Assembly (NCBI GenBank): GCA_944383385.1
Contig: CALWPI010000002.1
Coordinates: forward strand, 4,171-68,170
Reading direction: 5' to 3'
Length of the DNA: 64,000 nucleotides
Source of the DNA: an uncultured Clostridia bacterium
GTDB taxonomy: Bacteria > Bacillota > Clostridia > Christensenellales > UBA1242
Positions 45,988 to 54,530 of this stretch are shown here, piece after piece. The position numbers and the translations under genes are program-made. Every line of letters begins with the position of its first letter. Positions within the stretch are counted from its first letter, which is position 1. The notes below the pieces were generated by a model. That model did no database searches and had not been told where the DNA came from. It worked only from the letters and a program-made list of their open reading frames with translations.

Positions 45988-46983
45988 CTAATTGCTATTG
46001 ACAGAACTTGATATTTTCTCAATTAGATTTGATTTTTGTGATTCATACAAGAGTTCAATTGATTTTGCAATTGATGTGTGTTTGCTTGAACCATGCGCTT
46101 TGACAATAAGTTTTTTACAACCCATAAATACAGCACCTGGATGATTGTTATAATCAAGCAAATTTTTGACATTTCTAAATGATTTTTTCATAAACAAATA
46201 TCCAATTTTGCTCCAAAAACTACTCTTAATTTCACTCTTTAATACTGACAATAAAGACAGTATTGCACCTTCTGCACTTTTTAGTAAAACGTTGCCACTA
46301 AATCCGTCACAGACTATCAAATCAAATTGACCTGACAGCAAGTCACGAGCCTCCATATTGCCAACAAAGTTTATGTCTAAATCTTTGAGTTGTGGATATA
46401 CTTCATGCACTAGTTCATTTCCTTTATGTTCTTCTGTCCCCACACTCAAAAGTGCAATTCGAGGCTTTTCAATACCTTTGACATTTTGCAAATACGCATT
46501 GCCCATAAGAGCAAAATGCACCAAATTTTCTGGCTTACAATCCATATTTGCTCCACAGTCCATTATGTACACACTCCTACCATTTACTGTTGGCAAAGTT
46601 GGACAAAGTGCTGGACGAGAAACGCCTTTAATACGACCTATTTTCATAAAACCACCCGTCAAAATCGCGCCCGTAGAACCTAATGACAATAGCCCGTCAA
46701 CATCGTCTTGTTTCAAAAAATCAAACGCACGAACAAGAGAGCTGTCAAGTTTGGTCCTAATTGCCGATGTTGGTGTGTCATCATTTGTTATAAACTCTGT
46801 TGTGTGGACAACAGTCAATCTTTCTCCACTATAACCCAAAGCATCAAGTTCACTTTTTATGCTTGGTTCATTGCCTGTTATTATAATTTCAACATCATTA
46901 TATTTATTCAATATTTCTACTACACCACGGACGACTTCACTAACGCCGTGGTCACCACCAAAACTATCTACTACAAATTTCAT
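45988..46983 (-). CDS. plsX: Phosphate acyltransferase PlsX
   Basis: I chose the start at MKFVVDSFGGDHG (RBS GAGG). VCDGFSGNVLLK and KAHGSS motifs are present. Confidence 0.95.
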   Translation of the reverse strand: MKFVVDSFGGDHGVSEVVRGVVEILNKYNDVEIIITGNEPSIKSELDALGYSGERLTVVHTTEFITNDDTPTSAIRTKLDSSLVRAFDFLKQDDVDGLLSLGSTGAILTGGFMKIGRIKGVSRPALCPTLPTVNGRSVYIMDCGANMDCKPENLVHFALMGNAYLQNVKGIEKPRIALLSVGTEEHKGNELVHEVYPQLKDLDINFVGNMEARDLLSGQFDLIVCDGFSGNVLLKSAEGAILSLLSVLKSEIKSSFWSKIGYLFMKKSFRNVKNLLDYNNHPGAVFMGCKKLIVKAHGSSKHTSIAKSIELLYESQKSNLIEKISSSVNSN

Positions 46984-47009
46984 ATCAACCTCATAAAATA
47001 TTATATTAT

Positions 47010-47038
47010 ATTTTAGCAATTATTATCAATGTTGTAAA
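47010..47038 (-). promoter_or_regulatory. Sigma-A-type promoter of plsX-rnc
   Basis: Minus strand: TTTACA, 17-nt spacer, TAAAAT. Confidence 0.5.
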
Positions 47039-47051
47039 ACATTTTCAAAAC

Positions 47052-47076
47052 AAAAAAAAGTCGCATACTTTGCGAC
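47052..47076 (-). terminator. Intrinsic terminator after rpmF
   Basis: The minus strand reads GTCGCA-AAGTA-TGCGAC followed by TTTTTTTT. Confidence 0.8.
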
Positions 47077-47084
47077 CTTTTTTA

Positions 47085-47282
47085 CTATTTTGCTTCTTTA
47101 TTTTCTTTTGACACTTCTACTCTCTTTACTCCGTCATAGTATCCACATTTTGGACAAACTGTATGAGGTCTTGTGTATTCGTGGCAATGAGGACATTCAA
47201 CAATAGAAGGTGTTGAAATCTTCCAATTTGCTTTTCTAGAATTTCTTCTAGCTTTACTTACTTTTCCCTTTGGTACTGCCAT
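47085..47282 (-). CDS. rpmF: 50S ribosomal protein L32 (Zn-ribbon form)
   Basis: I chose the start at MAVPKGKVSKARRNSRKA (RBS AGGAGGTG). Zinc ligands are CPHC...CPKC. Confidence 0.96.
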   Translation of the reverse strand: MAVPKGKVSKARRNSRKANWKISTPSIVECPHCHEYTRPHTVCPKCGYYDGVKRVEVSKENKEAK

Positions 47283-47325
47283 CTTATGCACCTCCTATAA
47301 TAATTTTAATCAAATTTGCTTTTAC

Positions 47326-47354
47326 ATTATAAAGTATATAATGGCTTTTGTCAA
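47326..47354 (-). promoter_or_regulatory. Consensus sigma-A promoter of rpmF
   Basis: Minus strand: TTGACA, 17-nt spacer, TATAAT (perfect consensus hexamers). Confidence 0.75.
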
Positions 47355-47377
47355 TTATAAAAATAAGTTTTATGACA

Positions 47378-48568
47378 CTATTTTACAAGTTTTTCAGTTT
47401 CTTGTGCAATAACTAATTCTTCGTCAGTTGGAATGATATAGATATCAACTGCACTATCGTCAGCACTTATTTTGACTTGTTCTCCACGTGGAGCAGTGAT
47501 ATTTTTGTGCTTATCGAGTTTGATACCCATAAATTCTAGTCCTTGTAAAGAACCCTCTCTTACCTCTGGCGTATACTCACCAATACCTGCTGTAAACACA
47601 ATAGCATCAACTCCACCCATAGCAGCAGCATAAGCACCAATATATTTTTTGATACGATAGTTGTATATATCCATAGAAAGTTGTACGTCAGGATTGCTCA
47701 AATTGGCAAGAATGTCTCTCATATCATTGCTTGTTTGAGATACTCCCAAAAATCCACTTTGTTTGTTTAATCTATTTATGACTTGGTCTACTGTCATTTC
47801 TCTTTTGTGACACAAATATGAGACAACAGCTGGGTCGATATCTCCCGACCTTGTGCCCATCATAATACCTTCTAGTGGTGTAAATCCCATTGATGTATCT
47901 ACGCTTTGTCCACCTTTGACAGCAGTAATACTGCCACCACTACCTAAATGACATGTAATAATTTTGAGTTCACTGATTGGACGTTCCATAAGTTTAGCAC
48001 ACTCTTGTGATACATATTTGTGACTTGTACCATGAGCACCATATCTTCTAATTTTTAGTTCGGTATAGTCTTCTTTTGGAATTGCATATCTATAAGCATA
48101 TTCAGGCAAAGTCTTGTGAAAACCAATATCAAACACTGCAACATTTTTAACCTCTGGTGCTACTTCCATACATGCCTCAATGCCACTAATTGCAGCAGGC
48201 ACGTGTAATGGGCTGAAATCAACTTTTTGTTTGAAATCTTCGAGTATTTCTGGCGTGACTATGACACTATCAAAATAATCTTCTCCAACATTCACCACTC
48301 TATGACCAAATGCGCCAATTTGATTAATATCATGTATCACACCATTTTCATGACTTGTTAGTGTGTTCAAGATAATTTCAAGTGCTTTTTTGTGATTTGA
48401 TAGATAATCATCAATTAGTATTTCTCTACCATTTGCTTTGTAACGGATAAAACTATTCTCGTCTCCAATCCTTTCTGCATTTCCTTTTGCTAAAACTGTT
48501 TTTGTTTCTGGTTCAAGTAATTGAAACTTTAATGAACTGCTTCCTGCGTTAATAACTAAAATTTTCAT
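47378..48568 (-). CDS. ackA: Acetate kinase
   Basis: 396 aa with MKILVINAGSSSLKFQL, GHRVV and HLGSGGSITA. Confidence 0.97.
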   Translation of the reverse strand: MKILVINAGSSSLKFQLLEPETKTVLAKGNAERIGDENSFIRYKANGREILIDDYLSNHKKALEIILNTLTSHENGVIHDINQIGAFGHRVVNVGEDYFDSVIVTPEILEDFKQKVDFSPLHVPAAISGIEACMEVAPEVKNVAVFDIGFHKTLPEYAYRYAIPKEDYTELKIRRYGAHGTSHKYVSQECAKLMERPISELKIITCHLGSGGSITAVKGGQSVDTSMGFTPLEGIMMGTRSGDIDPAVVSYLCHKREMTVDQVINRLNKQSGFLGVSQTSNDMRDILANLSNPDVQLSMDIYNYRIKKYIGAYAAAMGGVDAIVFTAGIGEYTPEVREGSLQGLEFMGIKLDKHKNITAPRGEQVKISADDSAVDIYIIPTDEELVIAQETEKLVK

Positions 48569-48581
48569 AATTGTCTCCCTT

Positions 48582-49565
48582 TTATAATCTATTTTGTAAT
48601 GATGTTATTGCAATGATTAGTACAATCTCGCTTGCCGTTGCACCACGCGAAACATCATTTACAGGTTTGTTAAATCCTTGGCATATTGGTCCAATTGCCC
48701 TTGCTTTGCCAAAACGAGATATTGCTTTGTAACAAATATTGCCACTCTCTAAATTTGGAAATATCAATACATTAGCATCCCCTTGTATTTTGCCATTTGG
48801 CGCTTTTAATTTTGCAGTTGTTTTATCAATGGCACTATCCATTTGATACTCGCCGTCATAGACAAAATCGCATTTTTGTTTATCCAACAATTCAACCACT
48901 TTTCTACTAGCGTCAGCACTTTCTCCCTTGCCGCTACCCTTTGTGGAATAACTGAGTATTGCAACACGTGGAGATTTCTTTACAACATCAATATAACTTT
49001 TGGCTGTGTCTTGTGTAATACTTACAAGTTGTTCAGGTGTAGGTGCTACATTTATTGCACAATCACTCAACATAACAAGTCCATTGTCGCCATATTTTGT
49101 TGGTGTATCTAATAACATAAAACTAGAAACTATTCCATGCTTGCTCTTTATAACTTGCAATGCTGGTCGAATGCTATCTGCCGTGCTATGACAAGCGCCA
49201 CAAACTAATCCATCCACCATGTTTAGATGCAACATCATTGTTCCAAAATACACAGGGTCTTTGACAAGGTTTTTGGCTTCCTTTTTTGTCAATCCTTTTT
49301 CTTTTCTAGCAACATACAATGCGTCTGCAAGCCCTTCACATAATACTTTGTCATGTATATCGACATAACGCAAATATTCTGTGTCGACATGGGCACTTTT
49401 GCCATTTGTCAAAAACACAACTCTGGCAATTTTGTGCTTTGCAACATACTCTCCTGCCTGTCTCACCCTTTCATCCATATCGGCCTCAGGCAAGACAATA
49501 GTGGAAATATTTTGTTTGGCTCGTTTTAGTAGATTTTTTTCAAAAACACTAAATTTGTATGACAA
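48582..49565 (-). CDS. pta: Phosphate acetyltransferase
   Basis: 327 aa with a TTG start supported by RBS AAGGAGG 6 nt upstream. The Pta core includes GLVCGACHSTADSIRPALQVIK and GATASEIV. Confidence 0.94.
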   Translation of the reverse strand: MSYKFSVFEKNLLKRAKQNISTIVLPEADMDERVRQAGEYVAKHKIARVVFLTNGKSAHVDTEYLRYVDIHDKVLCEGLADALYVARKEKGLTKKEAKNLVKDPVYFGTMMLHLNMVDGLVCGACHSTADSIRPALQVIKSKHGIVSSFMLLDTPTKYGDNGLVMLSDCAINVAPTPEQLVSITQDTAKSYIDVVKKSPRVAILSYSTKGSGKGESADASRKVVELLDKQKCDFVYDGEYQMDSAIDKTTAKLKAPNGKIQGDANVLIFPNLESGNICYKAISRFGKARAIGPICQGFNKPVNDVSRGATASEIVLIIAITSLQNRL

Positions 49566-49670
49566 AATACGCCTCCTTATATTATACTTTTATATATAAG
49601 ATTACAAATATACTTACGAAATTAGGATACAATATTGTGTGCTGTTTTGTAAAGGAGTTTTTTATAAGCA

Positions 49671-50894
49671 ATGAAAATTTGTGCTATTATTTGTGAATAC
49701 AACCCATTCCATAACGGTCATCAATACCAAATTGACACATTAAAACAAAAATATGGTATTGACAAAGTCATTGGTATTATGAGTGGCAACTTTGTACAAC
49801 GTGGATTTCCTAGCATTATGGACAAGTATACACGCGCTAAAATTGCAGTTGAATGTGGATGTGACCTTGTTGTTGGTATACCCACTCCATACACACTTGC
49901 TAGTGCAGAAATATTTGCAATGGCAGGTGTAAAAATTGCAAGTGCAATACAAGGCGTGACACACATATCTTTTGGATGCGAAACCCAAAACATAAGTGTA
50001 TTATACAAACTTGCAGACTATTTGTCTCGACCAAATGAAACATTTAATACTACATACAAAAATTATATCCAAAATGGAGATAGCCATCCAATATCTCTTA
50101 CAAAAACACTTGTGGACATGATAAAAATAGGAGAAATAAATTTTGCAACAGAAAAGGAAATAATAGACATTGTGTCTATGCCAAACAATATTTTGGCGCT
50201 TGAATATCTAAAACAAATAAAGCACACTTCCCTTACTCCTATCATTTTACAAAGGACAAGCAATTATCATAGCGACAAAGTGACTAATAATACAAGCGCA
50301 AAAGCAATAAGACAATTTTATTTATCCCATAATACACTTTTACCAATCAAAAAATCTATGCCACAAAAAAGTTTTGTTGAACTAAAAAATTATGCAAAAG
50401 AATGTGGAAAGGTCGATTATGATACGTTTTGTAAGTTACTTTTATCCAATATCAAATTGAGTTCAGCGAATAATCTAAAAAATATTTTTGACGTTGAACA
50501 GGGCCTTGAAAATAGAATAATAACATGTGCGCAAAACACAAACAATTTTGAAAAATTTTTCAGTGCACTTGCAACAAAAAGATATACAAATTCCCGACTC
50601 CAAAGGATATTACTCTGCCACCTTTTGCAAATATCAAAAGATATGACATTATCAATCAAAAATGATGATTTTTACATAAAAGTTTTAGCAATAAAAAATA
50701 CTGATATCCTAAAAGATATTAGTGGTACAAAAAATCTTGTTGTAAGAGCAAAAGATGCTGACAAAATAAACTCTAATTTTGTTGATATAGAAGACCGTGC
50801 AAATCAACTGTATAGTATGCTACTAAAAAATGCAGACAAGTTCTTATCCAGAATAAATAAAGATATATATTCTATTCCATTTATTGAAAAATAA
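49671..50894 (+). CDS. tmcAL: tRNA(Met) cytidine acetate ligase TmcAL (YlbM/UPF0348 nucleotidyltransferase)
   Basis: 407 aa. The N-terminus CEYNPFHNGHQYQI is the HxGH nucleotidyltransferase motif of the YlbM family. RBS AAAGGAG. Confidence 0.85.
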   Translation: MKICAIICEYNPFHNGHQYQIDTLKQKYGIDKVIGIMSGNFVQRGFPSIMDKYTRAKIAVECGCDLVVGIPTPYTLASAEIFAMAGVKIASAIQGVTHISFGCETQNISVLYKLADYLSRPNETFNTTYKNYIQNGDSHPISLTKTLVDMIKIGEINFATEKEIIDIVSMPNNILALEYLKQIKHTSLTPIILQRTSNYHSDKVTNNTSAKAIRQFYLSHNTLLPIKKSMPQKSFVELKNYAKECGKVDYDTFCKLLLSNIKLSSANNLKNIFDVEQGLENRIITCAQNTNNFEKFFSALATKRYTNSRLQRILLCHLLQISKDMTLSIKNDDFYIKVLAIKNTDILKDISGTKNLVVRAKDADKINSNFVDIEDRANQLYSMLLKNADKFLSRINKDIYSIPFIEK

Positions 50895-50901
50895 AAAGAC
50901 A

Positions 50902-51708
50902 TCATTTCGATGTCTTTTTTGTTTCCATTTCCTTTATCAATTCTTTTAGTTTTGGCAATGCTCCCTCCATTGCTTCTCGTCCTCTTTGGATTGCAATAGC
51001 AGTTTTCTTTTTCTTGAATACAAATTGGTCTATCTCATCTAATTGTGGCTCAATCAACAGGTCATAATGCCTTTTTTGTTTGCGGTCAAGTTCATATATT
51101 GATAACAAAAAAGCATTGCTCAAAGTATCAATGGAAGTATTTGGCTTTTTGTGCAAAACATATCTGTTGTATGCACTAACTGCAATTATAATATCTGCTC
51201 CCATATCACGAGCCACATTACAAGGCAAGTTGTTAGTAACACCACCGTCTACCAACATCATATTATCATATTCCACAGGAGTAAACAGCCCGGGCACGCC
51301 CATACTGGCTCTAATTGCACGCACTCCATTACCTTTATCGAGTCTCACCTCTTTGCCTGTTATAAGGTCTGTTGCAACACAGCAAAATGGTAACTTATAA
51401 TCTTCAATATTTTTGTCTTTGGTCAGTTTTGATAAATTCTTTATTATTTTTCTTCCCCTAAATAATCCACGAAGATTAAAATTGACGTCTGCAAGATGAA
51501 TGGTTTTCATTTTTAGAGCAGTACTTGTAATGGTTTGCATATCGGTTTCGCCACAAGCATACACGCCACCTACAATTGCACCCATACTAGTCCCACACAC
51601 TATATCAACAGGTATGTTGTTTTCTTCTAACACTTGAAGTACTCCAACGTGCGAAAATCCAAGTGCTCCTCCTCCACCTAGTACTAGTCCAATTTTGTAA
51701 TTTCTCAT
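50902..51708 (-). CDS. Patatin-like phospholipase (YlbK-like)
   Basis: 268 aa with the oxyanion motif GLVLGGGGALGFSHVG, the serine lipase motif GTSMG, and DGG. Its neighbours ylbJ and ylbM mirror the B. subtilis ylbJ-ylbK-ylbM neighbourhood. Confidence 0.88.
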   Translation of the reverse strand: MRNYKIGLVLGGGGALGFSHVGVLQVLEENNIPVDIVCGTSMGAIVGGVYACGETDMQTITSTALKMKTIHLADVNFNLRGLFRGRKIIKNLSKLTKDKNIEDYKLPFCCVATDLITGKEVRLDKGNGVRAIRASMGVPGLFTPVEYDNMMLVDGGVTNNLPCNVARDMGADIIIAVSAYNRYVLHKKPNTSIDTLSNAFLLSIYELDRKQKRHYDLLIEPQLDEIDQFVFKKKKTAIAIQRGREAMEGALPKLKELIKEMETKKTSK

Positions 51709-51770
51709 AATTTACCTTTTCCTTTCATAAATATATTATCATATATTTTTATTATTCGTAAGGATTTTGT

Positions 51771-52748
51771 ATGTACAAATACAATAAATTATTTTTATCA
51801 CTAGTCATATTGCTACTTATAATATTCTTTGTGATATCTCCACAAGAAAATATTTTGGCAACATATACAGGATTGTCTATTTGGACAAGGTCTATTTTAC
51901 CCACCCTTTTGCCTTTTTTGTTTTTTACAAGACTATTGACTAATCTTGGATACATATCAAAGTGCAACAAATTTATATCACCTATCACCACTAGACTATA
52001 TCACACAAGTGGGTCTAGTGGATATGTTTATATTATGAGTGTACTGTCAGGATATCCAATGGGTGCAAAATTGGTGGCAGATTTGTATACGGCCGGATAT
52101 ATTGAAAAAGAAGAAGCAATTAGAATGACGTCTTTTTCAAGCACATCGGGTCCACTTTTTATATTAGGCACTGTGGGCGTTAGTATGTTTGCAAGTATGA
52201 AACTCGGCGTTATTGTACTTGTCTCACACATAATTGGAGCATTATTAAATGGGCTTTTATATCGCAACTATCATTATGATAAAAATAAAGACTATAGAAC
52301 AGTCAAGATAAAATCAATACAACAAGATAATATTTTAGAAGATGCGATGTATAATTCTATAAAATCAGTATTACTCATTGGTGGATATATTACAATATTT
52401 TATTTGATTATCACAATGTTATCAAATAATCATATTTTAGAACCATTGTATAGTGGGATATCCTATGTGCTCAATTTGTTTGGTCTCAATCCAGAGTTCA
52501 GTTATGGTATAACTAATGGACTTATTGAAATGACACGTGCGTGCATCGATATCAGCACAGTATCCAGCAATATAAAAATAGTCGCACCAATTCTTACAGC
52601 CATAATTTCATTTGGTGGACTGTCAGTATTTTTGCAAGCATATACATTTATAAAAAAAATTGGAATAAAAATATCAACATTTTTTCTAATCAAAGTCACT
52701 CAATCAATAATTAGCACATTAGTATGCTTGATTATTTGCGCAATATAA
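51771..52748 (+). CDS. ylbJ: Sporulation integral membrane protein YlbJ-like (nucleoside-recognition-domain family)
   Basis: 325 aa polytopic protein. GLSIWTRSILPTLLPFLFFTRLL and SGYPMGAKL resemble the YlbJ family. Confidence 0.7.
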   Translation: MYKYNKLFLSLVILLLIIFFVISPQENILATYTGLSIWTRSILPTLLPFLFFTRLLTNLGYISKCNKFISPITTRLYHTSGSSGYVYIMSVLSGYPMGAKLVADLYTAGYIEKEEAIRMTSFSSTSGPLFILGTVGVSMFASMKLGVIVLVSHIIGALLNGLLYRNYHYDKNKDYRTVKIKSIQQDNILEDAMYNSIKSVLLIGGYITIFYLIITMLSNNHILEPLYSGISYVLNLFGLNPEFSYGITNGLIEMTRACIDISTVSSNIKIVAPILTAIISFGGLSVFLQAYTFIKKIGIKISTFFLIKVTQSIISTLVCLIICAI

Positions 52749-52766
52749 AAAGCACCAAATTGGTGC

Positions 52767-53534
52767 TTAATATTTTTTTGCTTCATAATGAAATCTAGTG
52801 ATTATTTTTTCAATTTCAAGAACCAATAATTTGAGTCTTTTACCTGTAATTTGTCTATCAAGAGCAGATACAAGTGCGTTTAGTATCAAATAATTTTTGA
52901 TTTCACACGCTTCTTTCATTGCTTTAATAGTTATATCAACTTCGTTATAAGTCTTTTTGTTTTTCCATTCCTGTCTAAAAGTGACTTGTATTTCGTCAAC
53001 ATAACTTTTGACATCATCAAACATTTTGTCTAGCAATTCTCCAACTTTGTCACCGTCATCATCTTCATCATTTTCTTCAACAACAGGTTCAACATATGTT
53101 TCTTCTTCTGGTTCGTCCAACTGTCTATGCATTGCTTCCTTAAAAGGAATGAGAACTACTTTTGCAAAATTTGCATAACTTATGTTATATCCGTCTGGAT
53201 TGAAAAAATATTCTTTTACAAAATTCTGCAAATTGATTTTTTTATTATCTACTTGCAACAACAAACAAAATACAAATGCAATAATTTTTGTGTCTTCTTT
53301 TGGCATATCAAATTTGCTTTTGCTCTCGCCATTAGTTGCTTTGTTAAACTCTTCTGTAAAATTAAATCCATTCATACATCTAGAAAACAAATTATAAAGA
53401 GTGTCACTAGAAGCAATTGTTTTCAAAATAGCAGTGATTTTGATATTGGATAAAATAAATTTTCCCCCTATCAAGTCGTCACATGCATTATAAAATGTAT
53501 CAATCTTTGCTTTTTCTACTTCGCTATATGCCAT
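52767..53534 (-). CDS. Hypothetical protein (two helical domains joined by a strongly acidic linker)
   Basis: 255-aa intact ORF with RBS GAGG 5 nt upstream. The linker is DEPEEETYVEPVVEENDEDDDGD. I recognise no family. Confidence 0.6.
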   Translation of the reverse strand: MAYSEVEKAKIDTFYNACDDLIGGKFILSNIKITAILKTIASSDTLYNLFSRCMNGFNFTEEFNKATNGESKSKFDMPKEDTKIIAFVFCLLLQVDNKKINLQNFVKEYFFNPDGYNISYANFAKVVLIPFKEAMHRQLDEPEEETYVEPVVEENDEDDDGDKVGELLDKMFDDVKSYVDEIQVTFRQEWKNKKTYNEVDITIKAMKEACEIKNYLILNALVSALDRQITGKRLKLLVLEIEKIITRFHYEAKKY

Positions 53535-53673
53535 AAATACCTCAAAAGATTTTTAATCTCATATATATAATACAATATTCTATTTTTTTTGACTAGCAAA
53601 ATGACTTAATGATTATAATTGTGTAAAGCAAAAATTTGTGATACAATAACCAAGTAAAATATTGGAGAACATA

Positions 53674-54213
53674 ATGGAACCAGAATTCACACCTGATGAA
53701 ACAGTCAACAAATTGATATTATTATTTGTACTTGACCAAATGGAGATACCTTTGACTGAAAACAGTATTATTGATATATGTACAAGCCGAAATGATTGGC
53801 TAAACTACATGGAATGTATGCTCATTTTGGCTGACCTTATCAAAGTGGGTTTTATATACGAGGACAATACTGATGATGAAGCAAGATACGGTATAACTAA
53901 CGAAGGCAGAAATTGTTTGAGTTATTTTTTTAATCGCATTCCACAAAGTCGCAGAGAAGCAATTAGCACTTTTGCAAAAGAAAAAAGAATGGAATTTAAG
54001 CGCAGTCAAGAGTATGTTTCTGACTATCAAAAAAATGAAGATGGCAGTTATACAATAACATTGCGTATAAAAGAACCTTCTCTCACCTCTCCACTGCTCG
54101 AAGTCAAAATGCGTGCACCAAATAGAAACAGCGCTGTCCTTACATGCAAAAAATGGAATGAACAAGCACCAAATGTATTTGAATATTTGTATGATACGCT
54201 CATTTCAAAATAA
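53674..54213 (+). CDS. DUF4364-like putative winged-helix protein
   Basis: I chose the ATG at 53674 (RBS GGAG 6 nt upstream); the track start is a TTG. NKLILLFVLDQMEIPLTENSIIDI resembles the DUF4364 N-terminal pattern seen in Clostridia. This assignment is from memory. Confidence 0.6.
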   Translation: MEPEFTPDETVNKLILLFVLDQMEIPLTENSIIDICTSRNDWLNYMECMLILADLIKVGFIYEDNTDDEARYGITNEGRNCLSYFFNRIPQSRREAISTFAKEKRMEFKRSQEYVSDYQKNEDGSYTITLRIKEPSLTSPLLEVKMRAPNRNSAVLTCKKWNEQAPNVFEYLYDTLISK

Positions 54214-54256
54214 ATAAAAAAAATTGTAGCATAATAAAAATACAAAGGAGAATATT

Positions 54257-54508
54257 ATGTACGAGTACAAAACACATGGAACGTGTTCTAGAAAAATCAC
54301 TTTTGATGTAGATAACAACGATAAGTTGTCTTATGTAAAATTTGACGGTGGCTGTCCTGGTAACACACAAGGAGTTGCAAAACTCTGTATTGGACGAGCA
54401 GTTGACGAAATAATCGACCTATTAGGTGGAGTCCAATGTCGTGGTGGCACATCATGTCCCGACCAATTGGCACAAGCATTAAAACAATATAAGGACACAA
54501 AAAAATAG
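54257..54508 (+). CDS. TIGR03905-family TSCPD-domain 4-Cys protein
   Basis: 83 aa. HGTCSRKITFDV....FDGGCPGNTQGVAKL...CRGGTSCPDQLA is the characteristic Cys pattern including TSCPD. RBS AAGGAG. Confidence 0.8.
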   Translation: MYEYKTHGTCSRKITFDVDNNDKLSYVKFDGGCPGNTQGVAKLCIGRAVDEIIDLLGGVQCRGGTSCPDQLAQALKQYKDTKK

Positions 54509-54530
54509 AGCGAATGCTCTATTTTATTTT
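54499..54530. terminator. Bidirectional intrinsic terminator between the TIGR03905-like gene and valS
   Basis: TAGAGC-GAAT-GCTCTA hairpin flanked by an A-run on the left and a T-run on the right. It sits between convergent stop codons. Confidence 0.75.

Noticed and set aside
50902-51708. The patatin-like phospholipase as a possible anti-phage defence effector (CBASS-like or similar).
   Set aside because: It sits in the conserved ylbJ-ylbK-ylbM housekeeping/sporulation neighbourhood known from B. subtilis. There is no adjacent cyclase, sensor or other defence gene.
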